DNA of 64,000 nt from the NCBI GenBank assembly GCA_050246755.1, contig JBFWVL010000001.1, positions 32,001 through 96,000 of the forward strand, written 5' to 3'. The translations under genes were made by a program, and so were the position numbers. The notes below the pieces were generated by a model, which saw only the letters and a list, made by a program, of their open reading frames with translations, was not told where the DNA came from and did no database searches. This document shows, in pieces, positions 9,656 through 19,528 of this stretch (the first letter of the stretch is position 1; each line of letters opens with the position of its first letter). The DNA comes from Bacteriovoracia bacterium. Lineage in GTDB: Bacteria; Bdellovibrionota; UBA1018; CAIPTA01.

Positions 9656-11452
9656 TTACTTTCCGTATTTTTTCTTCGTCTCAAGATCCACGCGCAGGTA
9701 CTTGGCGCGGTTATAGGCGAATTCGTCGTACTTGGAGTTCAGGATCCAAGGCTGGCGCAGCGAAACCACGAGGCGGTGCAAACCAAGGATCACCGGGCAA
9801 TCTTCGGCTACCATGCGCCCTAGTTTTTTATAGAGCTCGGTGCGGGCCGGGCTGTCCTGCATGGCACGCGCCTTCACGAAGAGGGCGTCGAACTCTTTAT
9901 TCTTATAGTAGGAGCTGTTCATGCCCCCGGGCTGGGCGTTCGGGCCGTAGAAAAGCTGGAGGAAGTTCTCGGCGTCGGGATAATCGGCACCCCACGCGAT
10001 CCCCCAAAGCTGGGCCTGGCGGTTCTGGATGCGCTGGAGCATGGCGGGCCAAGTATTGGCCACGAGCTTGAGCTTGATGCCCAGGCGGCCCACCTGCTTG
10101 GAGAAATACTCGAACATCTGGCGGCTGGTAGCGTCGGCGATGGAATCGTAGGGAATCTCGGGGAAACCCTTCCCTTCCGGGTAACCGGCATCGGCCAATA
10201 GCTTCTTGGCCAATTCCAAATTGCCGGTGCGGTAAGGGTTCTTGAATCCGGGATCGTAGCCGTTCACGCCGGGAGGAACCGGGGTCTGGGATTCGGTGGC
10301 CATGCCGTTGAAGAAAGTTTGGATGGCTTCTTTTTCTTCGAGGGCGAGCGAGATCGCCTGGCGCACGCGCTTGTCCTTGAACTGGGGAATCTCGGTGGAT
10401 TCCATATTGAACGCCGTATAGGTGAAATCCATCGCCACGGCCGTATTGAGCTCCGCTCCCTTGGCGGCGAGCTCGTCGGAAAGCTTCATATTATCGAGCG
10501 CGATCGGTTTGGACGGATCTTTCGGCAGAATGGCGGTCTTGAAATTATCTTTGGGCACGCCACCGATATCGATATCGCCCTTCATGAAATGCAGCCAGCG
10601 CGGCTGGTCTTCGGTGATCACGCGCACGTTGATCCCGTCGGCGAAGGGAATTTTTTTGCCGGCATCGGCAAGCAAGCCCGCCTCCTTGTCTCCCGCTTCC
10701 CCTTCGGAAGGATAGACGGCTTCCCAGTAGTTGGGGTTCTTTTTGTAGACGAGGATCTCATTGGGCTTATAGGTTTCGAGCACGAAGGGGCCGGTGCCCA
10801 CGGCGTGGTTGATGATCTCGGCGCCGTATTTATCCACCGCTTCTTTGGCTACCACCACGGTATAGGGCATGGCGAGCGCGTAAAGCAGCTGCGGGTATGG
10901 GCCCTTGAGCTCGATCTGCAGGGTATAGTCGTCGAGGGCTTTCAGGCCTTCGATCGGATCGTCGTAGTTGGCGGCGGTTCCCGCTTTTGCGAGCTTATCG
11001 TGCCATTCGTCGAGGCCTTTGATGCGGTTCTCGAAGAGCCACCAGCCCGTGGACTGCACTTTTGGATCGGCGAGGCGCTTGAAGCTATAAACGAAATCAC
11101 TGGCCTTTACTTCGCGGCCCTTGCCGTTGGGGAAAGCGGCATCATCGTGAAACAGCACGCCCTTTTTGATCTTGAAGGTATAGACGAGGCCGTTTTTCGC
11201 GATCACCGGCATCGACTCGGCCAGCAAAGGCTCGAGCACGTAGGGGCGCTTCAAGGGGTGATATTGAACCAGGCCTTCGAATACGCGCATGATCTCGAGC
11301 GAGGAATATTGGTCCTGGGCTCCGGCCGGATCCATGCCTTTGATTTTTTGCGGGTTCACGAGGTTAAGGAAATTAGGATTCTCCACGCCTTTTTTGGTGC
11401 AGGCAGTGAGAGCAACGGCAACGGTGAGCAGCAAAGGCAGCAACTTACGCAC
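9656..11452 (-). CDS. oppA: Peptide ABC transporter substrate-binding lipoprotein (SBP family 5)
   Basis: Lipobox LTAC, GTGPFVL and WGADYPDAENFL; GTG start preceded by an SD. Confidence 0.9.
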   Translation of the reverse strand: MRKLLPLLLTVAVALTACTKKGVENPNFLNLVNPQKIKGMDPAGAQDQYSSLEIMRVFEGLVQYHPLKRPYVLEPLLAESMPVIAKNGLVYTFKIKKGVLFHDDAAFPNGKGREVKASDFVYSFKRLADPKVQSTGWWLFENRIKGLDEWHDKLAKAGTAANYDDPIEGLKALDDYTLQIELKGPYPQLLYALAMPYTVVVAKEAVDKYGAEIINHAVGTGPFVLETYKPNEILVYKKNPNYWEAVYPSEGEAGDKEAGLLADAGKKIPFADGINVRVITEDQPRWLHFMKGDIDIGGVPKDNFKTAILPKDPSKPIALDNMKLSDELAAKGAELNTAVAMDFTYTAFNMESTEIPQFKDKRVRQAISLALEEKEAIQTFFNGMATESQTPVPPGVNGYDPGFKNPYRTGNLELAKKLLADAGYPEGKGFPEIPYDSIADATSRQMFEYFSKQVGRLGIKLKLVANTWPAMLQRIQNRQAQLWGIAWGADYPDAENFLQLFYGPNAQPGGMNSSYYKNKEFDALFVKARAMQDSPARTELYKKLGRMVAEDCPVILGLHRLVVSLRQPWILNSKYDEFAYNRAKYLRVDLETKKKYGK

Positions 11453-11533
11453 GGAGAACCCCTTCCGAAAACGAGATGGTAATGACACGCACGCTCAACG
11501 CGAACGCGCAAAAAACCTAACCGAACTCGAAAA

Positions 11534-12322
11534 TCAGTGCAAGGCTTTTATCTTTCGCCCAAACAGCTGCTGTTGCGGGATTTGAAACAGTTTTTTCTCT
11601 TGCGGAACGAATGGTTGCCAATCTCTCCAGGCAAAGCTGGCGGTCTCCGAAAATCCTTCCGAATTGGCGTGCGTCAGAGATATTTTTTGCGGAAAAGATA
11701 CTCCCGCGCGCGCTTGGTAGTCTTCATAACGGAAGGTGCTTACCGTTCCGTTGGCGTGGCCCGAAACCCATTCTTCCGGTTCCCGCAGCCGATCGCTCCA
11801 ACGCACCTCAGCGGGCCTCACGGCCCCTAGATCGGGCGCCACCCGTGGCTTGGCGCTATGCCCCTCAATCACAGGATTCCTCCATTCCTCGAGCGGCGGG
11901 CGCGCCAAAAAGGCCCGCACAAACTCTTTGCCTTGGCTGATCAGGCCTAAGCCCGCGGGTAAGCGGGACAAAGGACCGGTTAGGATATCGGGCAAGGATT
12001 TTTGGTAGAGCCAAAACTGGGTTCCATTCACCACGAATAAAGCCAAGGTGGAGCCCACGGGGTCCTGGATCTCGAGCCTTACCTTATCCGGCCACTGCAC
12101 CAGCATCACGGCCGGCGCCGTTACGTGCTCCCCTTTTATTTTAGCGGTAACGAAGAGCGTGCCCGAAATCTCTTGGCGGCTCTTTAGATGGGCGATCACC
12201 GAATCGAGCTCGGCCTGGGCGGCGGCGGGATCTTGTTTGACGGAAGTAGTGGCGCACCCCCAGGTAAGGAACGCGCCCAGGAAAACGCTAACGAGAAGCG
12301 GGCTTACGCAGCGAAGCGGCAC
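11534..12322 (-). CDS. LolB-like / DUF4292-type outer-membrane lipoprotein
   Basis: Lipobox TWGC and PDKVRLEIQDPVG; follows a TPR lipoprotein, as in TPR-lolB loci. Start uncertain (ORF open to 12397). Confidence 0.6.
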   Translation of the reverse strand: MPLRCVSPLLVSVFLGAFLTWGCATTSVKQDPAAAQAELDSVIAHLKSRQEISGTLFVTAKIKGEHVTAPAVMLVQWPDKVRLEIQDPVGSTLALFVVNGTQFWLYQKSLPDILTGPLSRLPAGLGLISQGKEFVRAFLARPPLEEWRNPVIEGHSAKPRVAPDLGAVRPAEVRWSDRLREPEEWVSGHANGTVSTFRYEDYQARAGVSFPQKISLTHANSEGFSETASFAWRDWQPFVPQEKKLFQIPQQQLFGRKIKALH

Positions 12323-14177
12323 CGCGGGCCGGACGTTTCTGTTCCAGGGTATTAACCGCGATGGCTTGAACCAAGTTCTTAAGCTTTTGCTCCACACGAG
12401 CCACGAACTCCTTCTCGCCTCCGGCCTTCAAGGCTTGCTGGTACACAGCCAAAGCTTTTTTCGGCATATTGAGCGCGGTGTAAACGTCGGCAAGGTGCTC
12501 GCCGATCACGCCCTCATCCATCCGCAGCGCGAAGGCTTTTTCGAGCTGTTTCATGGCCGCCTGAGACTTGCCCTGACGATAGAGCAGCCAGCCATAGCTG
12601 TCGAGCACAAAGGCGTCGCCCGGCTTGAGCGCAACGGCGCGCGAAAGGTAGTCCTCGGCCCGGTTCAGGTCTTTATTTTGTTCGAGCAGGGTATAGCCCA
12701 CGAAGTTAAGGGCATTGGGATTATTCGGATTCTGCCCTAGGAGACGCTCCATCGTGGCCACGCCTTTATCCTTGTCGCCTAGGCGATCGTAGAGGAAGCC
12801 GAGGTAATAAAGGATCGCTTCGTCGTTGGGAAATAGGCGCTCGCCCCGCTCTAAGGCGAATCTGGCTTCGGTAAGCTTCAGCTGGTCTTCATAAACGGCG
12901 GCGAGGGCCGGATAGAACGCCACCAGGTCGGGGCGTTTCTTGATCGCGTTCTGCATGAAATCCACGGCCTGATCATATTGCTTGTTGGCGCGCTGGAGGG
13001 CCACTACGCGGAATACCATCTGGTCGTATTTGGCGTAGTCCGGGCTGATCTGGCTGTAATAATTTAGCGCGGAGGAAATATCGCCGGTCTCGAAGGCCAG
13101 CTCGCCGAGGTAATAGGTAATTTCGTTGGAAGCCGGGAAACGGTCGTGCAGGTCGGAAAGCAATAGGCGGGCTTTGCCGGTCCATTTCAGCTGCCAGTAA
13201 ACCAGCGCAAGGCGCAGTTTTACGTTCTCGTTGGCGGGATCTTCTTCCACAAGGGTCTCGAGGAATACCACTGCCCCCTTGAAATCGGAGGAACCGAGGT
13301 AGATATCGGCCAGACGCTCGGCTAAATCCGCGCTGCGGCCTTCGGCAAACGCCTCTTCCAGCGAGGCTTTTGCCTTGGCGGGATTTTTCATCTCCACGTA
13401 GATGTCCGCGAGGGCGATCGCGGCTTTGGAGAAGGCGGGGCGGTGCTTCAGAGCGGACTCGAAAGCCTGGATCGCGTGGCTGCGCTGCCCGGCTTGGTCG
13501 TATACTTTGGCCAAGTAATAGTAGGCCACGGCACGGTCGATATTGCTTTCGGCGGAATCTTTCAGCTTCACGAGCTTCTCGAGGGCCACTACGCCCTCTT
13601 TTACTTTGCCTACTTCGGCGAGGGTTACCCCGAAATAAAGTAGCGCGTCGCGGTTCTGAGGATCGATCTTCAAAGCCTGGCGATACGTGGCAAGGGCCGC
13701 TTCGTATTCTTTCGCGGCCACCTGAATCCCGGCGAGCAGGAGGTAGCTATCCACGTATTTCGGATCGAGCTTAAGGGCTTCTTCGCAGAGGGTTTTGGCC
13801 TCGGCGAAGCTACCCAGCTTCACGAGTTCTGCAGCTAAACGGGCGCGCACCAAAGCCGACTTGGGGTCATGCACCAGCGTGGCCCGGTAGGCCTCGATCG
13901 AGCGCTGGGGATCGTTATCGAGGGAATAGGCTTGGCCCATGGAAAAATAGAAAACGGCGGCGTCTTCGGGATTCGTGGGCACGGCGAGCGCTCCCGAATC
14001 TTTTTGGCGCCCGAGAGGAGAATCTTCGGGAGAAAGCTGCAGCACGGTGGCTTCTTTTTGGCCTAGTTCCGACTGCAGGCGAACCACTTTTCCCTGGGGA
14101 TGCGTGGTGGCGCAGCCCAGAAGACCGAGAGAAAAGAAGATTGAGAGTAGCAGCCGGAAGCTGAAGAGTCTTTCCAT
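12288..14177 (-). CDS. Tetratricopeptide-repeat lipoprotein
   Basis: Lipobox LLGC and many TPRs, with conserved ALNFVGY and LDSYGW. Confidence 0.9.
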   Translation of the reverse strand: MERLFSFRLLLSIFFSLGLLGCATTHPQGKVVRLQSELGQKEATVLQLSPEDSPLGRQKDSGALAVPTNPEDAAVFYFSMGQAYSLDNDPQRSIEAYRATLVHDPKSALVRARLAAELVKLGSFAEAKTLCEEALKLDPKYVDSYLLLAGIQVAAKEYEAALATYRQALKIDPQNRDALLYFGVTLAEVGKVKEGVVALEKLVKLKDSAESNIDRAVAYYYLAKVYDQAGQRSHAIQAFESALKHRPAFSKAAIALADIYVEMKNPAKAKASLEEAFAEGRSADLAERLADIYLGSSDFKGAVVFLETLVEEDPANENVKLRLALVYWQLKWTGKARLLLSDLHDRFPASNEITYYLGELAFETGDISSALNYYSQISPDYAKYDQMVFRVVALQRANKQYDQAVDFMQNAIKKRPDLVAFYPALAAVYEDQLKLTEARFALERGERLFPNDEAILYYLGFLYDRLGDKDKGVATMERLLGQNPNNPNALNFVGYTLLEQNKDLNRAEDYLSRAVALKPGDAFVLDSYGWLLYRQGKSQAAMKQLEKAFALRMDEGVIGEHLADVYTALNMPKKALAVYQQALKAGGEKEFVARVEQKLKNLVQAIAVNTLEQKRPARGAASLRKPASR

Positions 14178-14607
14178 AGAGACTCTTCGGGACGGTGGGG
14201 GTCCGCCTTAAGGCGAAGGTGCAAAAAAGGTAGACATTTTAGAGAAAAGGCGAAAAAAACGGTCAATAATAACTAACTAAAATGGTCTTTATTGTAGAAT
14301 CCACCCCATTTTTTTCCAATCCTTCCCGAGCAATCTTCTTTTTTTTGCAGAGTCCTATTTCGGCCTTGTCAGCCCACGCTCGCCGCATTATCTAACCTCC
14401 TTCGGACAATTCAAGATGACGCGACCGAATGAAGTTTAACTTGACAGTAATTCGACGCAGTTGGTAGTGGCTAGTACTGCTTAAAACGACTGCTAAACGC
14501 AACGGGAGTTAGCAACTCATAGCGGACCACGACGATAGGCTCCAACGGGCCTCGTCAAAGGGAAGCGTGAAGCAAATTACCGGATGCCAATTGAGGTGGG
14601 GAGATTC

Positions 14608-14976
14608 ATGACCGAAGTAAAAGTAATCAAGCGCTATCAGAACCGTAAACTCTATGACACGCACCAGAGCTGCTATGTGACGCTGGAAGAAATCTCCCAG
14701 ATGATCAAAAACGGCGATGACCTCCGTGTGATTGACAACAAAACCAAGAACGACATCACGCAAGCTACCTTGACGCAGCTCCTCTACGAGACCGAGCGCA
14801 AGACTTCTGCTCCCGTGCCGGTAGAACTTTTGAAAGAAATCATCCGCAAAGGCGATGGCTCTTTCTCTGGCTTCATCCGCAACAACATGAAGGGCGACCT
14901 CTCCCGTTTCGAAAGCGAAACGTCGAGCAGAAGCGTTCCTGCTTCCAGCGAACTCGCTGAAGCCATTACTCAGTAG
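14608..14976 (+). CDS. PhaR-like (PHA synthesis regulator) DNA-binding domain protein
   Basis: IKRYQNRKLYDT...YVTLEEI...DNKTKNDIT. Confidence 0.88.
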   Translation: MTEVKVIKRYQNRKLYDTHQSCYVTLEEISQMIKNGDDLRVIDNKTKNDITQATLTQLLYETERKTSAPVPVELLKEIIRKGDGSFSGFIRNNMKGDLSRFESETSSRSVPASSELAEAITQ

Positions 14977-14989
14977 TCTTTAGGCGCAT

Positions 14990-15026
14990 AGAGCGTACAC
15001 TCTGCCGTTTGCGGCGAACACGCTCT
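14990..15026 (+). terminator. Probable intrinsic terminator hairpin
   Basis: AGAGCGT...ACGCTCT stem just after the stop codon. Confidence 0.45.
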
Positions 15027-15067
15027 TGCTCTATCGCCGAACAAACCCGCCATGGTAAACTAAGGGC

Positions 15068-15622
15068 ATGAAAGCTCTTATTCTCCTCGGGTTGTTCGGC
15101 TTTTTTATTTCTTTTTCCGCGCAGGCCGCCGATGGCGACCAAGCCGCCGGCTTAATTGTCGGCCAGGTTTGGACCTCCGGAGAAATCGGCAAAGACGTGG
15201 ACGGTGCCGTAGCGCCGGGAATTTTCTACGAATACGGCGCGAGCGATATTTTTTCGCTCTATGTTTCCGCCGTCACCAGCAAACACAACGACGACAAGCT
15301 CAAACTCACCTCCACCAATTTAGGCATGAAGGCTAACTTGTTTTTCCTCGATAAGCTTTCTCCCTACGCACTCGTGGGCGCGGGACTTTACTTCGTGAAA
15401 CGCCAAGTAGGCCCACCGAATTTAGAAATCGCGAAGAAAACTGTTTTTGGCCTCAACCTCGGGCTCGGCGCCGAGCTTGATCTTTCGCAACGATTCTTCG
15501 TGGCCCTCGAATTCGACATCCACAATCTCTTCTCGGGAAACGTGACCCTCCCCGCTCACGGCCGCACCGAAATTTCGGGCCGCTGGACTGGTTTCTTCCT
15601 CAAGGGCGGAGTACGCTTTTGA
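15068..15622 (+). CDS. Outer-membrane beta-barrel (OmpW/OmpA-like) protein
   Basis: Signal peptide, alternating beta strands, PYALVGAG and terminal GVRF. Confidence 0.8.
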   Translation: MKALILLGLFGFFISFSAQAADGDQAAGLIVGQVWTSGEIGKDVDGAVAPGIFYEYGASDIFSLYVSAVTSKHNDDKLKLTSTNLGMKANLFFLDKLSPYALVGAGLYFVKRQVGPPNLEIAKKTVFGLNLGLGAELDLSQRFFVALEFDIHNLFSGNVTLPAHGRTEISGRWTGFFLKGGVRF

Positions 15623-15625
15623 GCT

Positions 15626-16546
15626 ATGAAAACTTCTTTACTGATCGTTCTAGCGGCCCTTACCTGCGCTCCCTTCGCTAAGGCTGAAGATTCAGATCTC
15701 CCTCCGCCGAATATTCCGGGCTATAAGCCCACGCCACGCTCCCAGCCCCAACAGCCGGCCGACAAGAAGACGCTCTGGTTCCGCGACGCCGGCGAATACC
15801 TGAGTTACCGTTCGGTGCGTATGGGAGTGCCTACCGAGCCCTCCACCAAACTGATCACCGACGGCAAAAGATTCGACGCCGCCATGGGCAAGAGAATCTC
15901 AGTCCATAACTGGAGCGAAAAAAGCGCCACCGAAACCTGGGCAGTGGGCATCGACGGCGGGATGCTCGCTTCTCTCACGCGCTACAAGAAAAATGGCCAG
16001 CTCACCTTCGCCACCAATACCTTCGACGGATTCTTCGGCGCCTACCTAGGCTATATCGGCGGCGGCTGGCTAGGCTTATTCCGCTATGGCCACCTATCGG
16101 CCCACCTCGTGGACTCTAATCCCGACATTCTTTCGCCCGTTATCTATAGCCAGTTCTGGAGCGAGTTCATCGTGGGGAAAACTTTCCCTGATCCCACCGA
16201 GCTGAGCGACTGGGAAGTTCATCTACAGGGCTCCGCCGGATTCAATAATACGAGCGCCCCTAAAGCCAAGCAGCCGCGCGCTTCCTTCGGCACCACCGTA
16301 AGCTGGTCTCCGGGCGGCCCAGATTCTATGGCCATCATCGCGAGCGCGGATGCGCTAAGAGCCGGCGTCACCGGCCAAAAAAATTCCTACGCTTTCTTTA
16401 CGGGGATCGGCTCGCTCAACCGCCCGAACTCCACCCACCGTCCCTACCGCGTGGGCCTCGGCCATTACCTTGGGTCGGACTACCGCAATCAGTACTACGC
16501 GCAACGGCAGCGGTGGACGACGTTTGAAATCTCCACGGAATTCTAA
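15626..16546 (+). CDS. Secreted DUF1207-like outer-membrane protein
   Basis: Signal peptide, HLSAHLVD motif and C-terminal Phe. Confidence 0.6.
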   Translation: MKTSLLIVLAALTCAPFAKAEDSDLPPPNIPGYKPTPRSQPQQPADKKTLWFRDAGEYLSYRSVRMGVPTEPSTKLITDGKRFDAAMGKRISVHNWSEKSATETWAVGIDGGMLASLTRYKKNGQLTFATNTFDGFFGAYLGYIGGGWLGLFRYGHLSAHLVDSNPDILSPVIYSQFWSEFIVGKTFPDPTELSDWEVHLQGSAGFNNTSAPKAKQPRASFGTTVSWSPGGPDSMAIIASADALRAGVTGQKNSYAFFTGIGSLNRPNSTHRPYRVGLGHYLGSDYRNQYYAQRQRWTTFEISTEF

Positions 16547-16604
16547 CAAACTGGCCTACTTGATTGTTGTTTTCAGGGCCGCTCGTTTAGGGATTTCCCT
16601 GCTC

Positions 16605-17474
16605 TCAAACCAAGTTTTCGTTATGAAAATGCGCGTAGAGCACGAGATGCGCATAAAGGCGGTCGGCTTGCTTCGTCGTGCACCAGGTTTTGCGGATTAA
16701 GCGATTCACATTGGCGCGAAACATCGCGCAGGTATGGTTAAGGCTAAAGAGGGGATCAAAGACGACCTTCTTTAATTCTCCCTGGCCAGTAATTGCCCCT
16801 CGTTTTCCCTTAAACGGCAGGTGCTGCGCATGGGGGAAGTATCTTTTTACATCCTTTGGGTAATGAGGATTACTGTCGGACTTGATAATTGCGTTCTCTT
16901 CAATGAAGGGAAGGATCTTTTGAAACAGCTTTCGTCTTCCTTCTCTCCGAAAATCTGGCCGGTAGCCATATTTTATATTCGCCTTCTTGGTCAATAAGCC
17001 CTTGGCCGGCATCACGCTGACTTCTAGCCCCAGAATCCTTCTCGTCCCAGTTTCCACCGCCAAAGTGATGGAGAGGGGTTTACATTTGCTGTGCTCAAAG
17101 GTTTCAAGATCATCGAACTCGATCGTAGTGGCTTTTTTCTTTTCGTAGTTATTGTGCACCAAAAGAAATTCAGACTTCAACGATAGGAAATAGAACTTCC
17201 GCGCGACCGTTAGCCTGGTTAAACACAGGATTTTAGCCGCTCTTCTTTGCGAGACGGCCGAAGAGAGAAGCTTTCTTAGGGTTTCATTCTTGTGGCGCTT
17301 CTTCTGGCGGTAACATTCCTGGTAAGTGGCCCTCGAGAAGGCTTTCTTGCAGCCTATACAGCGGAACCTTTGGATCCAAGTGGAGTCCGATGTTCGATAA
17401 TAGACGCCGTAGCGTACGATTCCACTACGGGGAAGCCTCTCTATCTCACATTTAGGGCACTCTGGGCGATGCAT
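16605..17474 (-). CDS. Transposase (Zn ribbon, HTH, DD-N/E), IS1/IS1595-like
   Basis: CPKC...QRFRCIGCKKAFS; SQRRAAKIL HTH; IEFDDLETF, IKSDS and LNHT. Confidence 0.8.
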   Translation of the reverse strand: MHRPECPKCEIERLPRSGIVRYGVYYRTSDSTWIQRFRCIGCKKAFSRATYQECYRQKKRHKNETLRKLLSSAVSQRRAAKILCLTRLTVARKFYFLSLKSEFLLVHNNYEKKKATTIEFDDLETFEHSKCKPLSITLAVETGTRRILGLEVSVMPAKGLLTKKANIKYGYRPDFRREGRRKLFQKILPFIEENAIIKSDSNPHYPKDVKRYFPHAQHLPFKGKRGAITGQGELKKVVFDPLFSLNHTCAMFRANVNRLIRKTWCTTKQADRLYAHLVLYAHFHNENLV

Positions 17475-17486
17475 GCACCCGGCAAA

Positions 17487-17502
17487 AGCAAGTTCCTGGC
17501 CA
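17487..17502 (-). promoter_or_regulatory. Putative sigma54 -24/-12 promoter for the transposase
   Basis: TGGCCA-GGAAC-TTGCT on the minus strand, 12 nt before the ATG. Confidence 0.55.
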
Positions 17503-17534
17503 ATGAAAAATCAACAATCAAGTGGGCCAGTTTG

Positions 17535-18773
17535 CTAATCGTTCATCGAGCGATAATTCAACAAGCTAATATCCCCCACCCGCCTCACTTCCACCTCGCC
17601 CAGATCCTTCTCGGCCTCTTCCACGCCCTGTGTATTCTCCAGCCTCAGCGTGGCGTGGTATTTCCCCGGCTTCACCTGCACACGGGCCACCTGAAAGTTT
17701 TTGGGCAGGGTAAGCCAGGAGCGAAGGTCGGGTTGGCTCGCTACCATCATCCCGATCTTAAACAGCGTGCCAAGCCCTGCCTGTTTTTCGTCGATTTTAT
17801 TTCCGATCACTTCGCGGGCCACTACCCCGCCAAGGCGTTTGGCGATAATCGCGGCATATTTCTGCCTTAAGTTTTCAAAGGCGGCGGCTTCCACGTCGTA
17901 GAGAATTTCGGTGCGGGCCACCTTCTTACCATCGAGATAAAGGTGCGCGGCTTGGTGGCGATTGAAGCGGCTACGGTATTCGGGGATTTCGTGCCAATGC
18001 GGAGAAACGATTTTTTCCGGCGCGAAACCGTTTTGGTAGAGCAGCACCACCGCGCCGGTTTGGCGCAGGGAAGTTGCGGCTTCTTTTACCTCGGCGTCGG
18101 TGACGCCTAAAGTTTTTTTCCACTTATGGAGATCCGAGCTGGAATCCATCTTCAGGGCACCGCGCACCAGGTCCATCTTCAGGGGAGAGAATTCCGGGTT
18201 CAGCTCTTTGGTTTTTTTGTAATCCACGTAAGCGAAGTTCCAGTTGCGTTGGCGCTCGAAGAGAAGCCCCGCCAAGTACTGGGCGAAACCGTTGAGGCGA
18301 TAATCACGCTTGCCTTCGTCGCGGAGCAATTCCAGTTTCCTATTCACGCGGCGACAAGCCACGATCGCGTCCTCGTCGCGCTGGAGGGCGGCGAAATCCA
18401 GAGCTAAATAAACCGAGATCAAAACGGTTTCGAATTCTTCTCCCTTATATTGGATGATCCGATCGTTGGTGAATACCGAGGCCACTTCGGTGCCAATAGC
18501 CGTATAGTCCTTGATCTCGGCGAGCTTATCGGCCGCCAGGAAATCCTTTAGGCTCTGCTCGTACTGCCCGGCGAGGTTGCGCACGGTTCCGCGATCAAAA
18601 AGATAGACGAGCTGATCCACGCCCTCTTTTTCGGCGCCCTCGTGGTAGACGTCTTCGGCTTTGGTGAAATCGCGGCGCTCGAAGGCCTCGAGCCCGCCGC
18701 GGGTATTGGAGGTATAGCTGGCGCAGCCGGAGAGAACCACTCCGAGCGCCAGCACTAGAGACCAAGGTCTCAT
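17535..18773 (-). CDS. COG3014-family TPR lipoprotein
   Basis: Lipobox LSGC, YKGEEFE and PDLRSWLTLP; paired with lpoB. Confidence 0.8.
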   Translation of the reverse strand: MRPWSLVLALGVVLSGCASYTSNTRGGLEAFERRDFTKAEDVYHEGAEKEGVDQLVYLFDRGTVRNLAGQYEQSLKDFLAADKLAEIKDYTAIGTEVASVFTNDRIIQYKGEEFETVLISVYLALDFAALQRDEDAIVACRRVNRKLELLRDEGKRDYRLNGFAQYLAGLLFERQRNWNFAYVDYKKTKELNPEFSPLKMDLVRGALKMDSSSDLHKWKKTLGVTDAEVKEAATSLRQTGAVVLLYQNGFAPEKIVSPHWHEIPEYRSRFNRHQAAHLYLDGKKVARTEILYDVEAAAFENLRQKYAAIIAKRLGGVVAREVIGNKIDEKQAGLGTLFKIGMMVASQPDLRSWLTLPKNFQVARVQVKPGKYHATLRLENTQGVEEAEKDLGEVEVRRVGDISLLNYRSMND

Positions 18774-18782
18774 ACGAACCTC

Positions 18783-19382
18783 TTAGAAGAGACCCACGGA
18801 TTTCTTCTTATACTTTTTGCGCACTTCTTTTTCTTCGGTGCAGTCGATGGTGGAAGTCTCGGTATTGGTGAGGTTCATCGTGAGCTTGTAGTAGATGAGC
18901 TTATCGCTACCCACTTGCTGCACGTTGGTCGCCAGCGCGCCGGTGAGGAGATAGTCCACGCCCACTTGCTTGCCCTTCTTGATCGCCGAATCTTTGGCCA
19001 CGCGGCCGGATTCTCCGTAGGCGGTTTCGTCGTCGATTTCCGCGCGCGACCCGCGGTCCACGAATTTCACCTTGCGGCTCTTCGTGAGCTGAGTGCGGAT
19101 CATCTCGGTGAGGGAATCTAGGTCGGGGTATTCTTCCGTGCGGTTAGCTACCTTCGAAACCGCAATCTTGGGGCGTCCCTTTGATTCCATGATCTCGGGG
19201 CACTCGAGAATGGCTTTCACCACCGTCTCGGCCATTTGCTGCATGTCGGCCTCGTTGAATTTGTCATCGAGGAGCTCTACGCGATTAGGATCATCATAGT
19301 CACCTTTAGTGAAGGCTTTGGGGCCGCAGCCCTGCAACGCAAATGCCGCCAACGCAGACGAGACAATCAAAAAACGCTTCAT
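18783..19382 (-). CDS. lpoB: Penicillin-binding protein activator LpoB-family lipoprotein
   Basis: Lipobox LQGC, VANRTEE, GKQVGVDYLLTG and YYKLTMNL. Confidence 0.8.
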   Translation of the reverse strand: MKRFLIVSSALAAFALQGCGPKAFTKGDYDDPNRVELLDDKFNEADMQQMAETVVKAILECPEIMESKGRPKIAVSKVANRTEEYPDLDSLTEMIRTQLTKSRKVKFVDRGSRAEIDDETAYGESGRVAKDSAIKKGKQVGVDYLLTGALATNVQQVGSDKLIYYKLTMNLTNTETSTIDCTEEKEVRKKYKKKSVGLF

Positions 19383-19528
19383 AAGAAATCTCCTTGGATA
19401 TGTCTCTATGGTACGGCGACTTAGCCGCCTTGCTCAAGCGGGAGCAACGAGATGGGAGGAAATTCCAACGACTTACCGCACAAGGCGTGCGATGCCCGGC
19501 ACAGGACGTATCCCGTACCGGTTAGGGA

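Larger units (their letters stand above)
16547..17534 (-). mobile_element. IS1/IS1595-like insertion element with ~35-bp terminal IRs
   Basis: IRs CAAACTGGCCTACTTGATTGTTG / CAACAATCAAGTGGGCCAGTTTG flank a single AT-rich transposase. Confidence 0.8.
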
